A stretch of 62,458 bases of DNA, filler included, from Sphacelaria rigidula (lineage: Eukaryota): the NCBI GenBank assembly GCA_964200075.2. It is 6 parts of 6 records of this genome, joined end to end, with 100 filler letters (N's around TTAATTAATTAA, not from the genome) between each part and the next. Parts side by side here need not be neighbours in the genome. Positions count along the whole stretch, not along the records: positions 41,709 to 52,033 come from CAXNAA020006717.1; positions 52,134 to 62,458 come from CAXNAA020006718.1; 4 more parts are not named here. The stretch is one strand, 5' to 3'. The notes under the pieces were generated by a model. That model was not told where the DNA came from. It saw only the letters and a list, made by a program, of their open reading frames with translations, and did no database searches. Numbering within the stretch: the first letter of the stretch is position 1; the number at the start of each line of letters is the position of its first letter. Both the position numbers and the translations under genes were made by a program. This document shows, piece after piece, positions 50,923 through 62,458 of this stretch.

Positions 50923-52033
50923 GTGCGGTCGTGACTTACCTCTATGTGTACTGTCAGTTCGTGCATGTATATGTTTCGGGGGGCGCAGCCCTGAGTATCT
51001 AGCTGTCGGGAAAAGGAGCAGTTTGTTGGTCGATGTTGCTGCCACTTCGTCTATCGTTTTGTTGCTTCGTTTCATTGACCATGGCATTACGAAGTGTATG
51101 TGCTGTTCGTGAGTGCAGTTCACGTGCAAGACGAGAACGGCATGTTTACAAGTTCCATTTTTTCGGCACACGATTCATTGTAAGCAGTTCTTCCTGTACG
51201 CAGTTGTCGCTCGGCACCTTACTCCGCCAACCGCGTCCATCAGTGTAGGACTGGGTTAGTTCAGTCGCCTAGGATTGAATGCATACTGCAGAGCATGTAA
51301 TCGTTGGAAGGCTATCTAACTACCACTGCAGACCGATTGCAGAAGTGCGCGGTGAACGAGTTTTGCACAATCAAATGCAGATTGTCATGTATCCGTCTAG
51401 ATGTCCAGCGTGAAACGTGTGTGCCCGTGGGGCTGCTTGAGTCGATTGTGCTTCGTAATGTACTTATACCCGATACTCCTTGTACTATCGCTGCGGTCGC
51501 CACCCCCCAAGGCAGGCAAGCAGGCTCACAAGAAGTATTGTGACTTCTACGCCAGTACAACAACTGCGCTGGTCCATTTTGTTTTCGCTAGAAAGCAGGG
51601 CAGCAAGGCCATGCCGCGCAGCGTAAATGTGTGCGTTCGTTCGTATATTTTTCGTTCAAGAACTTATGTTGATGTCAGTATGGACCGTTTCGAACCTGTA
51701 GGCTTTTGACAGCGATGATGTCGTTTCGAAACATCCAGGCCTTGGTCTGCGTTTAGAAATGTTGAGCTGACAGCGCTTTGAATCACTAAGCCTGGACTGC
51801 CGGGATTTCGGTCGAGGGGGTCCCAGTTCCCCTGCCACAACAGCACTGTACCTGTCAGAATGTGGCCGAGGAGTGCACTGCTCAGCACTATGCCTCAGCG
51901 CAAAAAAAATGGGTTTTTCCTCTGAAAGAGACACTTGAATGAAGAAAGCACCCCTCCAAAAACATTTCTCGCCTTACGGCGAGAAAAAATACGCTCCAAT
52001 GTTTTTTTTCACTTTAGGTCCCTTCTTATAATA

Positions 52034-52133
52034 NNNNNNNNNNNNNNNNNNNNNNNNNNNNNNNNNNNNNNNNNNNNTTAATTAATTAANNNNNNNNNNN
52101 NNNNNNNNNNNNNNNNNNNNNNNNNNNNNNNNN
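52034..52133. other. Artificial contig linker
   Basis: Same N44-TTAATTAATTAA-N44 linker. Confidence 0.98.
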
Positions 52134-52167
52134 TTTGTGTTTTTTGTGGACGGCCGCCGGTTTGGCT

Positions 52168-52199
<32 letters not shown>

Positions 52200-52205
<6 letters not shown>

Positions 52206-54340
52206 AAAAATATATCTGCAACCGTAAGCTAGGGTCAACATCTTTCATAGTATTTTCCTAGCGGTATTTTTTCCTCATAATATGTTGCGAAATACGAGGG
52301 GAAATAACCAACCGGAAGAAACGGCCTAAAATGTGTTTTCAAACTCAAACCAAGTAGTTAGGAGTTGGACCCTAAAAATTCGAATAATTGTGCTATGAAT
52401 CATCACGCAAGTTCCGATCAACGATGTTGTTCTAATTCTTGAATTTTTACCGATTTTCGGGAGTCCGACGGGATCCAAGTCGATTTTTCGAAGTCGTCCA
52501 TTCTGGGACCCCGGAAAACCGGCACTACAATATTTGTTCATTTTTGTCGCCGCAAAACCCAAGGAAGAACCCCACCAAGTTCCGTGGCCAAAGTCGATTA
52601 ACTGGTTCTTGAATTTTCATGTTCACGTCAAAGAAGGCCCGAAAACGGCGTTTTCATTCTATAATCTAGAAGGTTAATCGCACAAACACGAAAAAGTTCA
52701 CGCCATTTTAAGGAGTTAGACCCTGAAATTTTGCATAACTGTGTTACGGGTCATTACGCAACTTTGCACACGTAGGACAGCTCACGAGCTAGCTCATCTG
52801 CGGGCGGTAGCTCACTTGTAGTCAAACATGTACATGTGAGCTACGTCCGATAGCTCAACACAAGGTAAACGTGCGCTGATGAGCTACGAGTTGGTAGCTT
52901 ACCCAGGACAAACATGCGTAGCTCATGCAGCTCTCATAGCTCAACCAGGGCGAATATGAGCTGATGAGCTACGGGTTGATAACTCACAGAGGGTAAACAT
53001 GTGCAGCTCATGTAGCTCTCACAGCTCACCCAGAAAAAACACATGCGGATGAGCTACGCTCGATAGCTCACCCGGGGAAAACATGAGCGGATGAGCTACA
53101 GTGCGCCCGGTACCTCACCCCAGGGGCGCATGGTCTCGGCTCACTCACGTCACATGCCTAGCTCGCCGCTGGCCAACCCCGTGTCGCTTATGATGTAACA
53201 TTCTTATTCGAACGGATGGCGCCACATATCATTAGGTTGTGATGTTTTGCCTCATTCTTCGCGATAGGAAGAAAAGAAGCCAACACATATCCTCGTTCGC
53301 TTGGTTGGATGGTTGAAAAATGTATTAATATTCAGTATCTACAACAATCGACCGATTCATTTCTTTCGATCGATTGGCCGCGAGGGTACGAGTCCATCCG
53401 GTCATGCATAGGTTTTTCAAATGACATTGGAGCCGATTCAAGAGATGGCTCATGCTCGGCGTCAAGGGGTTAGCCCTTTGACCGCGAGGGTTGCCGATCT
53501 GATAAATCAGCATAATTCACTTCATTTTTCGGGTGTGAATGACGCCGATTCAGAGACCTCCTGCCCTCGCGGTCAAAGGGATAAGCAATCGTAGCTCTCA
53601 TAGATCTCATAGATCTCATAGCTCATCCAGCGCAAACATGTGTAGCTCATGCATCTCTCATAGCTCATCCAGGGCAAGCATGTGTAGCTCACCCATCTCT
53701 CATAGCTCATCCGGGGCAAATATGCGTAGCTCATGCAACTCTCATAGCTCACCCAGGGCTAATATGAGCTGATGAGCTACGGGTTGGTAGCTCACCGAGG
53801 GGAAACATGCGTAGCTCATGCAGCTCTCATAGCTCACCCAGGACGAATCTGAGCTGATGAGCTACGGGTTGGTAGCTCACACATCGTGAACGTGCGTAGC
53901 CCATACAGCTGTCATAGCTCACCCAGGACGAATATGAGCTGATGAGCTACGGGTTGGTAGCTCACGTACAGTAAACATGCGTAGCTCATACAGCTCTCAT
54001 AGCTCACCCCAGAGAAAACATGCGTAGCTCATGTAGCTCTCATAGCTTACTAGGGAGCTGCGCTCAAAAGGAGCTAGCTCGAGCTATAGGGAGCTGATCT
54101 GTCCGACGTGTGCAACTTTGGATGGACGCAAAATGGACGAGTTTTTTTTCTTCTTTACCGTTCTACGTGGGTCCGACTGGATCGAAGTTTCCCCGAAAAA
54201 AGTGGGACCCCGGAAAAACGGTGAAAAGTCAAGAAGTAAAGAAAAAACTCGACCATGGAAAGTTGCGTAATGACTCATAGAACACCTGTGCAAAATTTCA
54301 GGGTCTAACTCCTTGAAACGGCGTGAAGTTTTGACGATTG
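52200..54340. mobile_element. Host repeat related to the 1836-2954 MITE, split by the AGCT element
   Basis: TTCACGCC.TTT.AAGGAGTTAGACCCTGAAATTTTGCA (52698-52735, inverted at ~54290-54328) and GGGACCCCGGAAA motifs match ~1882-1920 and ~2380. Boundaries are approximate. Confidence 0.5.
52767..54112. mobile_element. Non-autonomous hAT-like element with AGCT-saturated arms (copy 1)
   Basis: TIR CACACGT(A/C)GGACAG. Perfect 8-bp TSD CAACTTTG (52759-52766, 54113-54120). Arrays of TAGCTCA/TGAGCTA. Confidence 0.88.
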
Positions 54341-54399
54341 AGTGTGTGTGTGTGTGTGTGTGTGTGTTTTCCCGTGAACCAGCCTGTATCGATATCACA

Positions 54400-54790
54400 C
54401 CCTGGACAATAGACGGCGTGTATTGCAGTAGCAGTAGAATCTGCCGCACTAGGCGTCAATATTGTCGTCGGTGATGGGTATCGATGGACAAGTTCCTCTG
54501 ACTCTTGTCGGCAATGCCTATCGATAAACCTCTGTCCCACACTGTTGCCCTGGTAGCAGTCTATTGTGGCCCTACCCGAAAACTGTCGCCGCCAACCGAA
54601 TATATCGATCGGTAGCTTTCGAAATCTTTTGACGACGGCAATGGCTATGGATAGACTGTGTACAAAAATATATTGATGACGGCGATGGCTGTTGATGGAT
54701 GCGTACTAAATCTGTTGATGGCGGAAATGGCTATCGATAGATACATACCGGAATCTACCGTGGGATGCAATGTCTATCGAGAGAACTTCA
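54400..54790 (+). repeat. ATCGAT-centred ~42-bp degenerate repeat array
   Basis: Repeated GACGGCAATGGCTATCGATAGA-like units. Confidence 0.6.
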
Positions 54791-54990
54791 TATTTTTTGT
54801 GGCCTGTTGTCACATCTACAATGCAAGATGCTATATATAGAACATGCTGTATTGTGCTCTATTGAAGTATTGCAGAGAGTCTGCAGGTGGGTATAGGATG
54901 ATACTACTCGTGAAAATAAAACGTCACGATCTGCAAATTCGGGACGCTTGTTATGTTGTAGGAATCCGCAATATGTGTGGACAAACGTTT

Positions 54991-56620
54991 CACACCTCGG
55001 ACAGCTCATGAGCTAGATCATCTGCGGGCTGTAGATCTCATGTTGTCAAACATGTATGGGTGAGCTACGTCCGATAGCTCCCCCAAGATAAACGTGCGCT
55101 GATGAGGTACGGGTCGGTAGCCCACCCAGGACAAACATGCGTAGCTCATGGAGCTCTCATAGCTCACCCAGGGAGAAGATGTGCTGATGAGGTACGGATT
55201 GGTAGCTCACCCAGGAAAAACGTGCGTAGCTCATGTAGCTCTCATAGCTCATCCAGGACAGACGTGTTTAGCTCACGCAGCTTTTGTAGCTCACGCAGCT
55301 CTTATACCTCACCCGAGGAAAACATGAGCAGATGAGCCACGTCCGGTAGCTCACCCCAAGAAGACGTGCTCGTAGCTCGCTCACGTCATGTGCCTAGCTC
55401 GCCGCTGGCAAACCCACTGTCGCTCTTGATGTTGAATTCTTGTTCGAACGGATGGCGTAACATATCATTAGGTTGTGATGTTCTGGCTCGCTCTTTGCGG
55501 TGGAAACGATAGAAGTCAACACAAATCCTCGTTCGCTTTGTCGAATGGTTCAAAAAAAAATCAATATTCGGTGTCTTCTTTAGTCGACCAAATAATTTCT
55601 TCTGACCCCTTGGCCGCGAGGGTACGAGTCCATCTGGCCATGCATACTTTTTTCAAGTGAAGCTGAAGCCGATTCATCAGATGACCGACGCTCGCCGACA
55701 AGGCATCAAACGTTTGACCTCGAGGGTAGGCGATCTGTTACATCAGCATAGTTCATACTATTTTTTTTTGTGTGAATGATGCCGATTCAACAGATCGCCT
55801 ACCCTAGCGATCCACGGTATCGTTTTTGGCTGAAGCGCCGCTAGAGCTGCTGCCCCCGGCGGTTGCCATGCAGAGTGGGTTGTGTGTTTGTATGGTTGTG
55901 TGTGAGTGTGGTGGCTACGGTGCGGATGGCTTCTGATGCGGCCATGTTGATGATTACAAAAAGCAGATCCATCGCTGCACAATACGGAACACAGGTCTGT
56001 ACACATGTAACCGTTTCCATCTATCAACGTGCATGGGTATCGGAACAGAAACAACTTCAAAATCGGCATAGCTCTCGTAGCTCTTTAGCTCAACCAGGGC
56101 AAACATGCGTAGCTCATGTATGTCTCATGGCCCATCCAGGGCAAAAATGCGCAAATGAGCGACGTCTGGTAGCTCACCCAGGGCAAACCCGCATAGCTTA
56201 CGCAGCTCCCATTGCTCATCCAGGCCAAATGTGCGTAGCTCATAGAGCTCTCATAGCTCACTCAGGAAAAACATACTTGGCTCATGCAGCTGTCGTAGCT
56301 CATCCAGGGCGAAAGTGAGCTGATGAGCTGCGGATTGGTAGCTCACCCAGGACGAACTTGCGTAGCTCATGCAGCTCTCATAGCTCACCAAGGGAGAATA
56401 TGAGCTGATGAGCTACGGGTTGGTAGCTCACCCAGAGTAAGCATGTGTAGCTCATGTAGATCTCATAGCTCACTCGGGGTGAATATGAGCTGGTGAGCTA
56501 CGGGTTCGCAGCTCACGCAGGGAAAATATGCGTAGCTCATGTAGTTCTCATAGCTCACTAGGGAGCTACGCTGAAAAAGAGCTAGCTCGATCTACATGGG
56601 GCTGCTCTGTCCGACGTGTG
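54991..56620. mobile_element. Non-autonomous hAT-like element with AGCT-saturated arms (copy 2)
   Basis: TIRs CACACCTCGGACAG ... CTGTCCGACGTGTG. Degenerate 8-bp TSD AAACGTTT/AGAAGTTT. Colinear with copy 1, plus an extra ~55830-56065 segment. Confidence 0.85.
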
Positions 56621-56727
56621 AGAAGTTTACAAACTTTGTTGTTGGTGTGGCGTTGGTACTCAGGATTCTCCCTCTGATGAAAGAGAGCGCTTGGAGTACT
56701 TTCGCGTTCGGGTCCGATGTGGTTATA

Positions 56728-57638
56728 CCCTGGACTTTAGACTTTAATAGAACCCTACCGCTACAATATTGTCAGACGCAACCGACTGACATCAGTCTGT
56801 CGATATCAATTGTGAGCAACAGCAGATTCGGGACAAGGAACATGATATATCATTGCCGTGACGATGGGGTGGCCAAGTTGTCTATTTGAATATGTTATTT
56901 ATGCAATAGGCTCTACACTGCGGTCACCGATGTCTATTTTTAGTCACACTAGGATCTGCAATGCGGCCACCAATACATGGTGCTGTTTGCAAGAGGATCT
57001 ATATTTCGCCCCACCAATGTCTATTGCTGGTCACAAAAAAACCTGAATAGCGGCCACCAATGTCTATCGCTGGTCAAGACGCGATCTGAATCGTGACCAC
57101 CAAGGTATATCGCTGGTATTGCAGGCCACCATGGAAGCCGAATGGCGTCGATCACTAGCTATTTATGCACATTTATGGGTGGATGTTTCCACCTTTTCCC
57201 ACAGAAGCTACGGACAGCTATCGCCTCGGGTAGTTGCGTGTTCTTGTGTGAGGGTTATTGCCGTTGATGCCGAAGACGACTTCAACGAACAACGTATTTA
57301 CCAAAACCTATCGCTGGCGTCATTAGCTATCGATAGGTTCCGGTAAATACATTGTTGACGGCAATGACTATCGATAGATACCCCCGAATCCACTGCTGGC
57401 GGCGAAGGCTATCGATAGATTGTTCACCAAATCTATTGACGAGGGCAAACACTATCGATAGGCAACTCACCAATTATGTTGATGACGGCAATTACTTTTG
57501 GTAGATGCCTCGCCAAATGTATTATGGCGGCAATGACTGTCGATAGATGCCTTAGCTGATCTATTGATTACGGCAATGGCTATCGATAAATACATCCCAA
57601 TATCTATTACGGTATAAGGTGTCTATCGATGACTAGGG
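56728..57638 (+). repeat. ATCGAT-centred ~42-bp degenerate repeat arrays (probable transposon subterminal repeats)
   Basis: GCGGCCACCAATGTCTATCGCTGGTCA units (~56920-57130) and GACGGCAATGRCTATCGATAGA units (~57310-57630). Confidence 0.65.
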
Positions 57639-58246
57639 ATCTTGATCTATTGTAATTGCCATAGGACCAAACATAGGCTGAACCAGAAGCACCGAGATTT
57701 TTCGCTAGGAACACTAATCCGCGCGCCCGCATCGTGTGCGAAGTCTGTCGCGCAGCTGCAAAGAGTCCACTGGGTTTCCCACCTCACCATTGTGACAAGA
57801 AAAAAAAATGACGCAGCCGCTTCTTTGCGCGATCTCTCTTCCTGAAGCCATGCTGCAGGGTCTAGCCATTTTCTATACGTTGTTCAGTGTTTTCTTGCTT
57901 ACTTTCCTCTCTTTCGTTCGTTCTCATTTTTATTATGTTCATCGAGACCGGCTTTTCGCGCCTTAGTTTCCCTCCCTTTTCTAAATATGTGTGTATTTAC
58001 ATGTATACTTTTTTTTCGTTCTCGTTCAGTTTCCTCCGTCAATTTGATGTTTGTCTCTCCGTCTACTTCCTTCCTCGAGTGAAGTTCCTAGAGCGAGTGT
58101 TTCCCTTTTCGTTACCTTCATCACGTACGTCTATCTTATGGATCATGACCACGACCGGACACGCCGGAGATCAGTCAGTGTGCGACAATCTATCAACCAA
58201 GCAATCAAGCAATAAAGCAAGCAATCCTTCGTTCCGATCGCAGACG

Positions 58247-58591
58247 ATGAAGCCTATCTTGGTGGGTATCGCGGGCGGGTCCGGATCGGGCAAAACGACT
58301 CTCTCTCGGGCCATCGTGTCGGCGCTGGGCGCCGAAAACGTGACCTATATCTGCCACGATTACTACTACCGAGACTTGTCACATCTTGCCGTCGAGGAGC
58401 GAGCGACACAAAACTTCGACCATCCGGACGCCTTGGAGACGATCTTGATGGTCGAACAACTTGCACAGCTAAAGGCGGGGGGCGAAGTGGACCTTCCGTC
58501 GTACGATTTCTCCTCGCACACACGAGCGCCCGCGACGGTCAGGTGCGATCTACAGACTTGAAAACTTCAGCATATACTAGAGAGCGGTGTG

Positions 58592-58630
<39 letters not shown>

Positions 58631-60668
58631 GTATCTGTGCTGTATCTGTTCCGGACGCCAGTCTACGCCTTGTGGTGGTGTATTTGGGCGTATCAGTCGC
58701 GGGGTCACACTGAAGGAAGGTCAACACAGGAGTCTCCTCTTTTTCATCTTGTTCTAGTAAGTACTCCATCTTCCTTCTGCGGTGTTTGCCTTACTTTTTC
58801 TTTCAACTCAGAATGGGTCTAGCAGTCCCTATCCTTCATCGACCGTGAGGTCCATTTTTGTGTAACCACGACAACAAAATCGTTCTGCACTGTTGGGCAT
58901 GGCCGGTTCAGGGTCGTGACGCCGTTGGAATCGCTCTTGTCGCAAGTCGGAACGCTGGTGTAATATCAAGTGGTAAATAGCTTGTACCAAAAGTTAGGTG
59001 GCAGAAATACAGTACCTGAGCTGCAATCTGTTCCCACGACTTTTTGGCTTTCGTTTGGGTATGAGCGCATGTGCTTATTGCGCAAGACTCTTCTTCACCT
59101 GGAGCCATGTTGCAGACGTCGGTTGTTTTGTCATTTCTAGCTTTGCTGTATCTTTCTGTTTTCTCCACTTCTCTTCGGCGAGTGTTTGCGTTCTGTTCAT
59201 CGCTTGGACCCGTCTAGTTTGTGGACAAAAACCACGGCTGGGTCGTAACCCTCACGGATCAGTTATTGTGCAACAATCAAATCAATCGGTCAATCAGATA
59301 ACACCGTTATATATTATATACCGATGTCGTGCGGGGGTCCCGCTATATTGCGATCATGCCGAGCTGGCAACCAAGCCACTGTACAAGATGGCGTGGGTGT
59401 ACGTCTACAAACTGTGTTCACTGTCGTTTAGTGGCGATGGGCAGCAAAAGCACGAGTCGGGATGTCGATGTGGAACCAAGAGAGAGAGGGAAACAGCAGT
59501 GTACGAAGACTAGATACCACCGGGGACAGCAACGACGTATCCCGCGCAGTTGTACACTATAATGATACGTGTTATTCAATACGTGAGATGGAGATCGTTG
59601 AGTTGGTTCTCCACTACGCTCAGTCGTCGTTTTGAAGACGACGCTTATGTACCGCCCGCATCTTCTTCTTGGTTTATATCTCTCTTGGCAGGACAGTGGC
59701 TAAAAAGGTTATTATAGTGGAAGGCATACTGATATTCTGCGAGCCGGAACTCCGAAAGCTTCTCGACGTGAAGATTTTCGTCGACACAGTGAGTATTGTC
59801 GTTTTCCACCGCGCTGGTCTAGTGTGTGCGTGTGTGTGTACAAGGAAGTACGAGGCCTTTCAGGTGCTGTCGCGGTTGGCCTCTTGCTCTTCAGTGTTGT
59901 GTATCGTCTCATGCGGGAAGCACGCCGTAAGCTTCACGGTTGCTGTCAACCCCTTGGCTGCTTAGAGTTTGAGATCTTCACGCGGAGAGCAATCGTGCGC
60001 AGAAGTCAAAACACTAGCTGCTGCGGTGGCATACGGTCAAGCACCTGGTTGAATCATCGTCACTTGTGTGTATATCAGCCTAGTTACAGCTTTTTGTCCG
60101 CGGCACGGCGCTGACCGTGATGGATCCGTCTTCCCAAGTGTGCAATTGTCACTGCAACACGCCGTGCTGAGCACGTTACAGCCATATTATTTTGTAGCTG
60201 TTCGAATCTGCAGCTTGCCCCCATGTCCTACTGTACTGAGGGCAGGTAGTCGATGTACAACATGATACACACCACCATCACCACCATTAGGTGCGGCTAT
60301 GGTGACCCGCGTACCATCGCCAACCAGCAACGGTCATTTGCCAGAAATTTGGACAATGCGGGGAGAAAAAATCGACTGCGGGTCTGAATGATGGTGCTCG
60401 TGTGATGCGAAAATTCGAAAATAGGTTGACCCGCCGTTGCGCAAGCAGGTTTTGATGGTTACACACTCATGCACTCATATCCTGCTGGGGGGTAACCTTG
60501 TAACCTCTTGCTGCCCTCCCGCGTCGCTCCTGACAGGAAGCAGATATCCGATTTATTCGACGAATGCAGAGGGACATCGCGGAACGAAATCGTACCGCTG
60601 GGGACGTGGTTGTGCAGTACATGGAGACGGTTCGCCCGATGCACGAGTTATTCGTCGCGCCTTCAAAG
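58247..60668 (+). CDS. udk: Uridine kinase (partial)
   Basis: Phase-consistent exons: 58247 (possible acceptor 58244 or upstream ATG 58145)-58542 (GIAGGSGSGKTT, HDYYYRD, NFDHPDA, YDFSSHTR), 59692-59788 (VIIVEGILIF...KIFVDT) and 60537-60668 (DIRFIRRMQRDIAER...VRPMHELFVAPSK). The last exon was not found. Confidence 0.93.
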
Positions 60669-60754
60669 GTGACAAATCTGAATCATTTTTTTAACGTCTT
60701 CGTATAATAGTGTTGCTGTATTGTCATCCCGTTGACTCTGTATGTATGCCTGTC

Positions 60755-61075
60755 TACGCCTTCCGGTATATGTGGGGGCATCAGCCAGGGTCACACAGGA
60801 GGAAGGCCAACACGGGAGTTTTGTAGTTATTGTTTTGTTTCAGCACTCCGCCTTCCTTCTGCGATGCTTGCCTCATTTTTTTATCGCGAGAGGGGATCAG
60901 CGGTCCCTGCCCTCGTCGACCGTAGGGTCGAATTTTGTGTACCGATGACATAGTCGCTCTCCACTGTTGGGCATAGTGAGGGAAAAATCCCAGATCGGGT
61001 GACTTCACCGAGATTCGAACCCACGACCCAACCGTCACAAGACTTCGACGTTACCAACTGAGCTACCGAGGCGAT
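60755..61075 (-). mobile_element. tRNA-derived SINE family B
   Basis: Head CGCCTCGGTAGCTCAGTTGG...GGGTTCGAATCTC; body colinear with 23790-24122. A further fragment lies at ~58830-58902. Confidence 0.8.
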
Positions 61076-62458
61076 CGTCTTCTGTATTTTAACATTTTGC
61101 GGTGTACCCTGCTGCTGTCAAAATGGTTTCGACTGCGCAAAATACTCGAAAATGCCGGCGACGGGGGGGGTCGCCTTTGCGCGTAGATCCGTCGACCTCG
61201 GTGGAAACATGAAAATCCAAGGGTATCACGTTCGCTAAAACAATCCGAGAGGTTTTAATTTATTCGAAGGCACAAGATCAGTGTCTTACTTTCCTGGTTC
61301 CTGTCGTCCTGAAAGCGTGAGCACGTCGTTGGTTGGCAAAATATTGAGAATAACAAGTGACAAAAGTGGACCGGCTCCGGGAGTGGGGATTCAAATCTTC
61401 GGGAACCCTCCCCTTTCCATCCCCGGGCCAAAGCCTCATTATTTCAAGCCCTGACAAAAAGAAAAGATGGAAACAGTGAAGACCGACGGCAACCATTTGT
61501 ACGGCGGAAGGCCACAGGAGAATCCACCAGCATACGCCATGCGCGCACCGAAAATGTCGCCACGGTGTGATCGGATTAATTTTGTCCAATGGGGGGGGGG
61601 CGCAGACGGTCAAGTGTGTTCAACTTTGTGCACACAGTGAGAATTAGCACTCGCGTGCCTGAACTCTATGCTAACAAAAGACGGCACCACTCCTCTATTT
61701 TCCATGTACTGAGTCCCGTGCTGCACTTGGGCGCATTTTTGTACGGGTTTACCGAAGACGCCTCGGGCTAACGGTTTGGCGTGAAATCTGTAAAAACATA
61801 ACCACATGTTGTTCGAAAAACAGCACCTCGAGACTCGTATCCATAATTTTCCATCGCCAGTGCCAAAGAGGTTGACCCTTTTGGGACTGAAGAACGACCG
61901 ATAAGGCTGGTTGGGAATGACGTGTCCTGCATATGTGTGAAACAGTGGCTTCACGTTGCTAAATATCCACGTATGTATGTAACCGCAGGGTTAGATGAAG
62001 ACCGAAAGTTTCATCCGATCTACTTTCAGGTGCAGGTACAAACTATCTGTACTGTAATTCGGGTGTTGTGCGCATCAGGTAATGTACACATGTATCAAGC
62101 AGTATGAGTCGCCGTGCAGAGCTTTCAATAGGATGTGGCAAACGCCGCCCGTCACTTGTGGCCTTGGAAATTGCCCCTATCACCTTGCCACACAGCCCTT
62201 TGTAGACGGCGTGGGCCGCGATTCCCCTCTTTGTTGCAAGCGCCAAATTCTCTTTGAACGGCATGGGCGTTGCGCCGCAGATACAGCACAGTGCAGCACG
62301 CCTTTCCGGATGCAGCAGCAGCTGCCGCTGCATACTCCCTCACATGTTCTGGGCAGCTCTCCGTGACGGAGATCAGCTGCCTATACACAGCTTGTTCGTT
62401 ACCGTCGATTTCACACGACCTCACCGCTGCTCGTACCGCTTCGACAGAGGGATACGCA

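Noticed and set aside
53760-54000. CTGATGAG + stem, resembling a hammerhead ribozyme core
   Set aside because: The stem is followed by TCAC, not the required GAAA, and there is no stem III/NUH. It is explained by the AGCT subterminal repeat.
55863-56318. ORFs with repeated AHPGQTC peptides (also 55102-55335, 53539-53772)
   Set aside because: These are translations of the AGCT DNA array inside a TIR/TSD-bounded element.
57310-57638. CRISPR-like repeat/spacer periodicity
   Set aside because: The repeats are degenerate, the spacers resemble each other, there are no cas genes, and the context is eukaryotic.
60990-61075. Possible true tRNA gene
   Set aside because: A/B boxes are present but the anticodon arm is poor, and it continues into a body shared with other dispersed copies.

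Overview
Eukaryotic genomic DNA, most likely a brown alga or related stramenopile (inference from long repeat-filled introns, GC-rich exons and the gene set). The window is an artificial concatenation of six size-sorted ~10.3 kb contigs (1-10329, 10430-20757, 20858-31183, 31284-41608, 41709-52033, 52134-62458), joined by 100-bp N-TTAATTAATTAA-N linkers, so no synteny can be read across linkers. Five partial genes could be reconstructed by hand: a DIDO1/PHF3/Bye1-like zinc-finger + TFIIS-central-domain protein (-), an ISE2/HelY-like Ski2-family DExH RNA helicase (+), a cellulose-synthase-like GT2 glycosyltransferase (-, 8 exons, one GC-AG intron), cyclin L (+, main exon only) and a uridine kinase (+). 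The rest is mostly non-autonomous transposons: two tRNA-derived SINE families, PIF/Harbinger-like foldback MITEs, a TA-flanked MITE, a Helitron-like element, and hAT-like elements with 8-bp TSDs whose arms are saturated with one palindromic word (AGCT or ACGT). The most unusual signal is a ~1.2 kb imperfect inverted repeat at ~7075-8255. Its mismatches are skewed towards G·U on the + strand, as expected for a rod-like RNA, and its left arm is the 3' part of a decayed unidentified ORF. All alignments and counts were done by eye.
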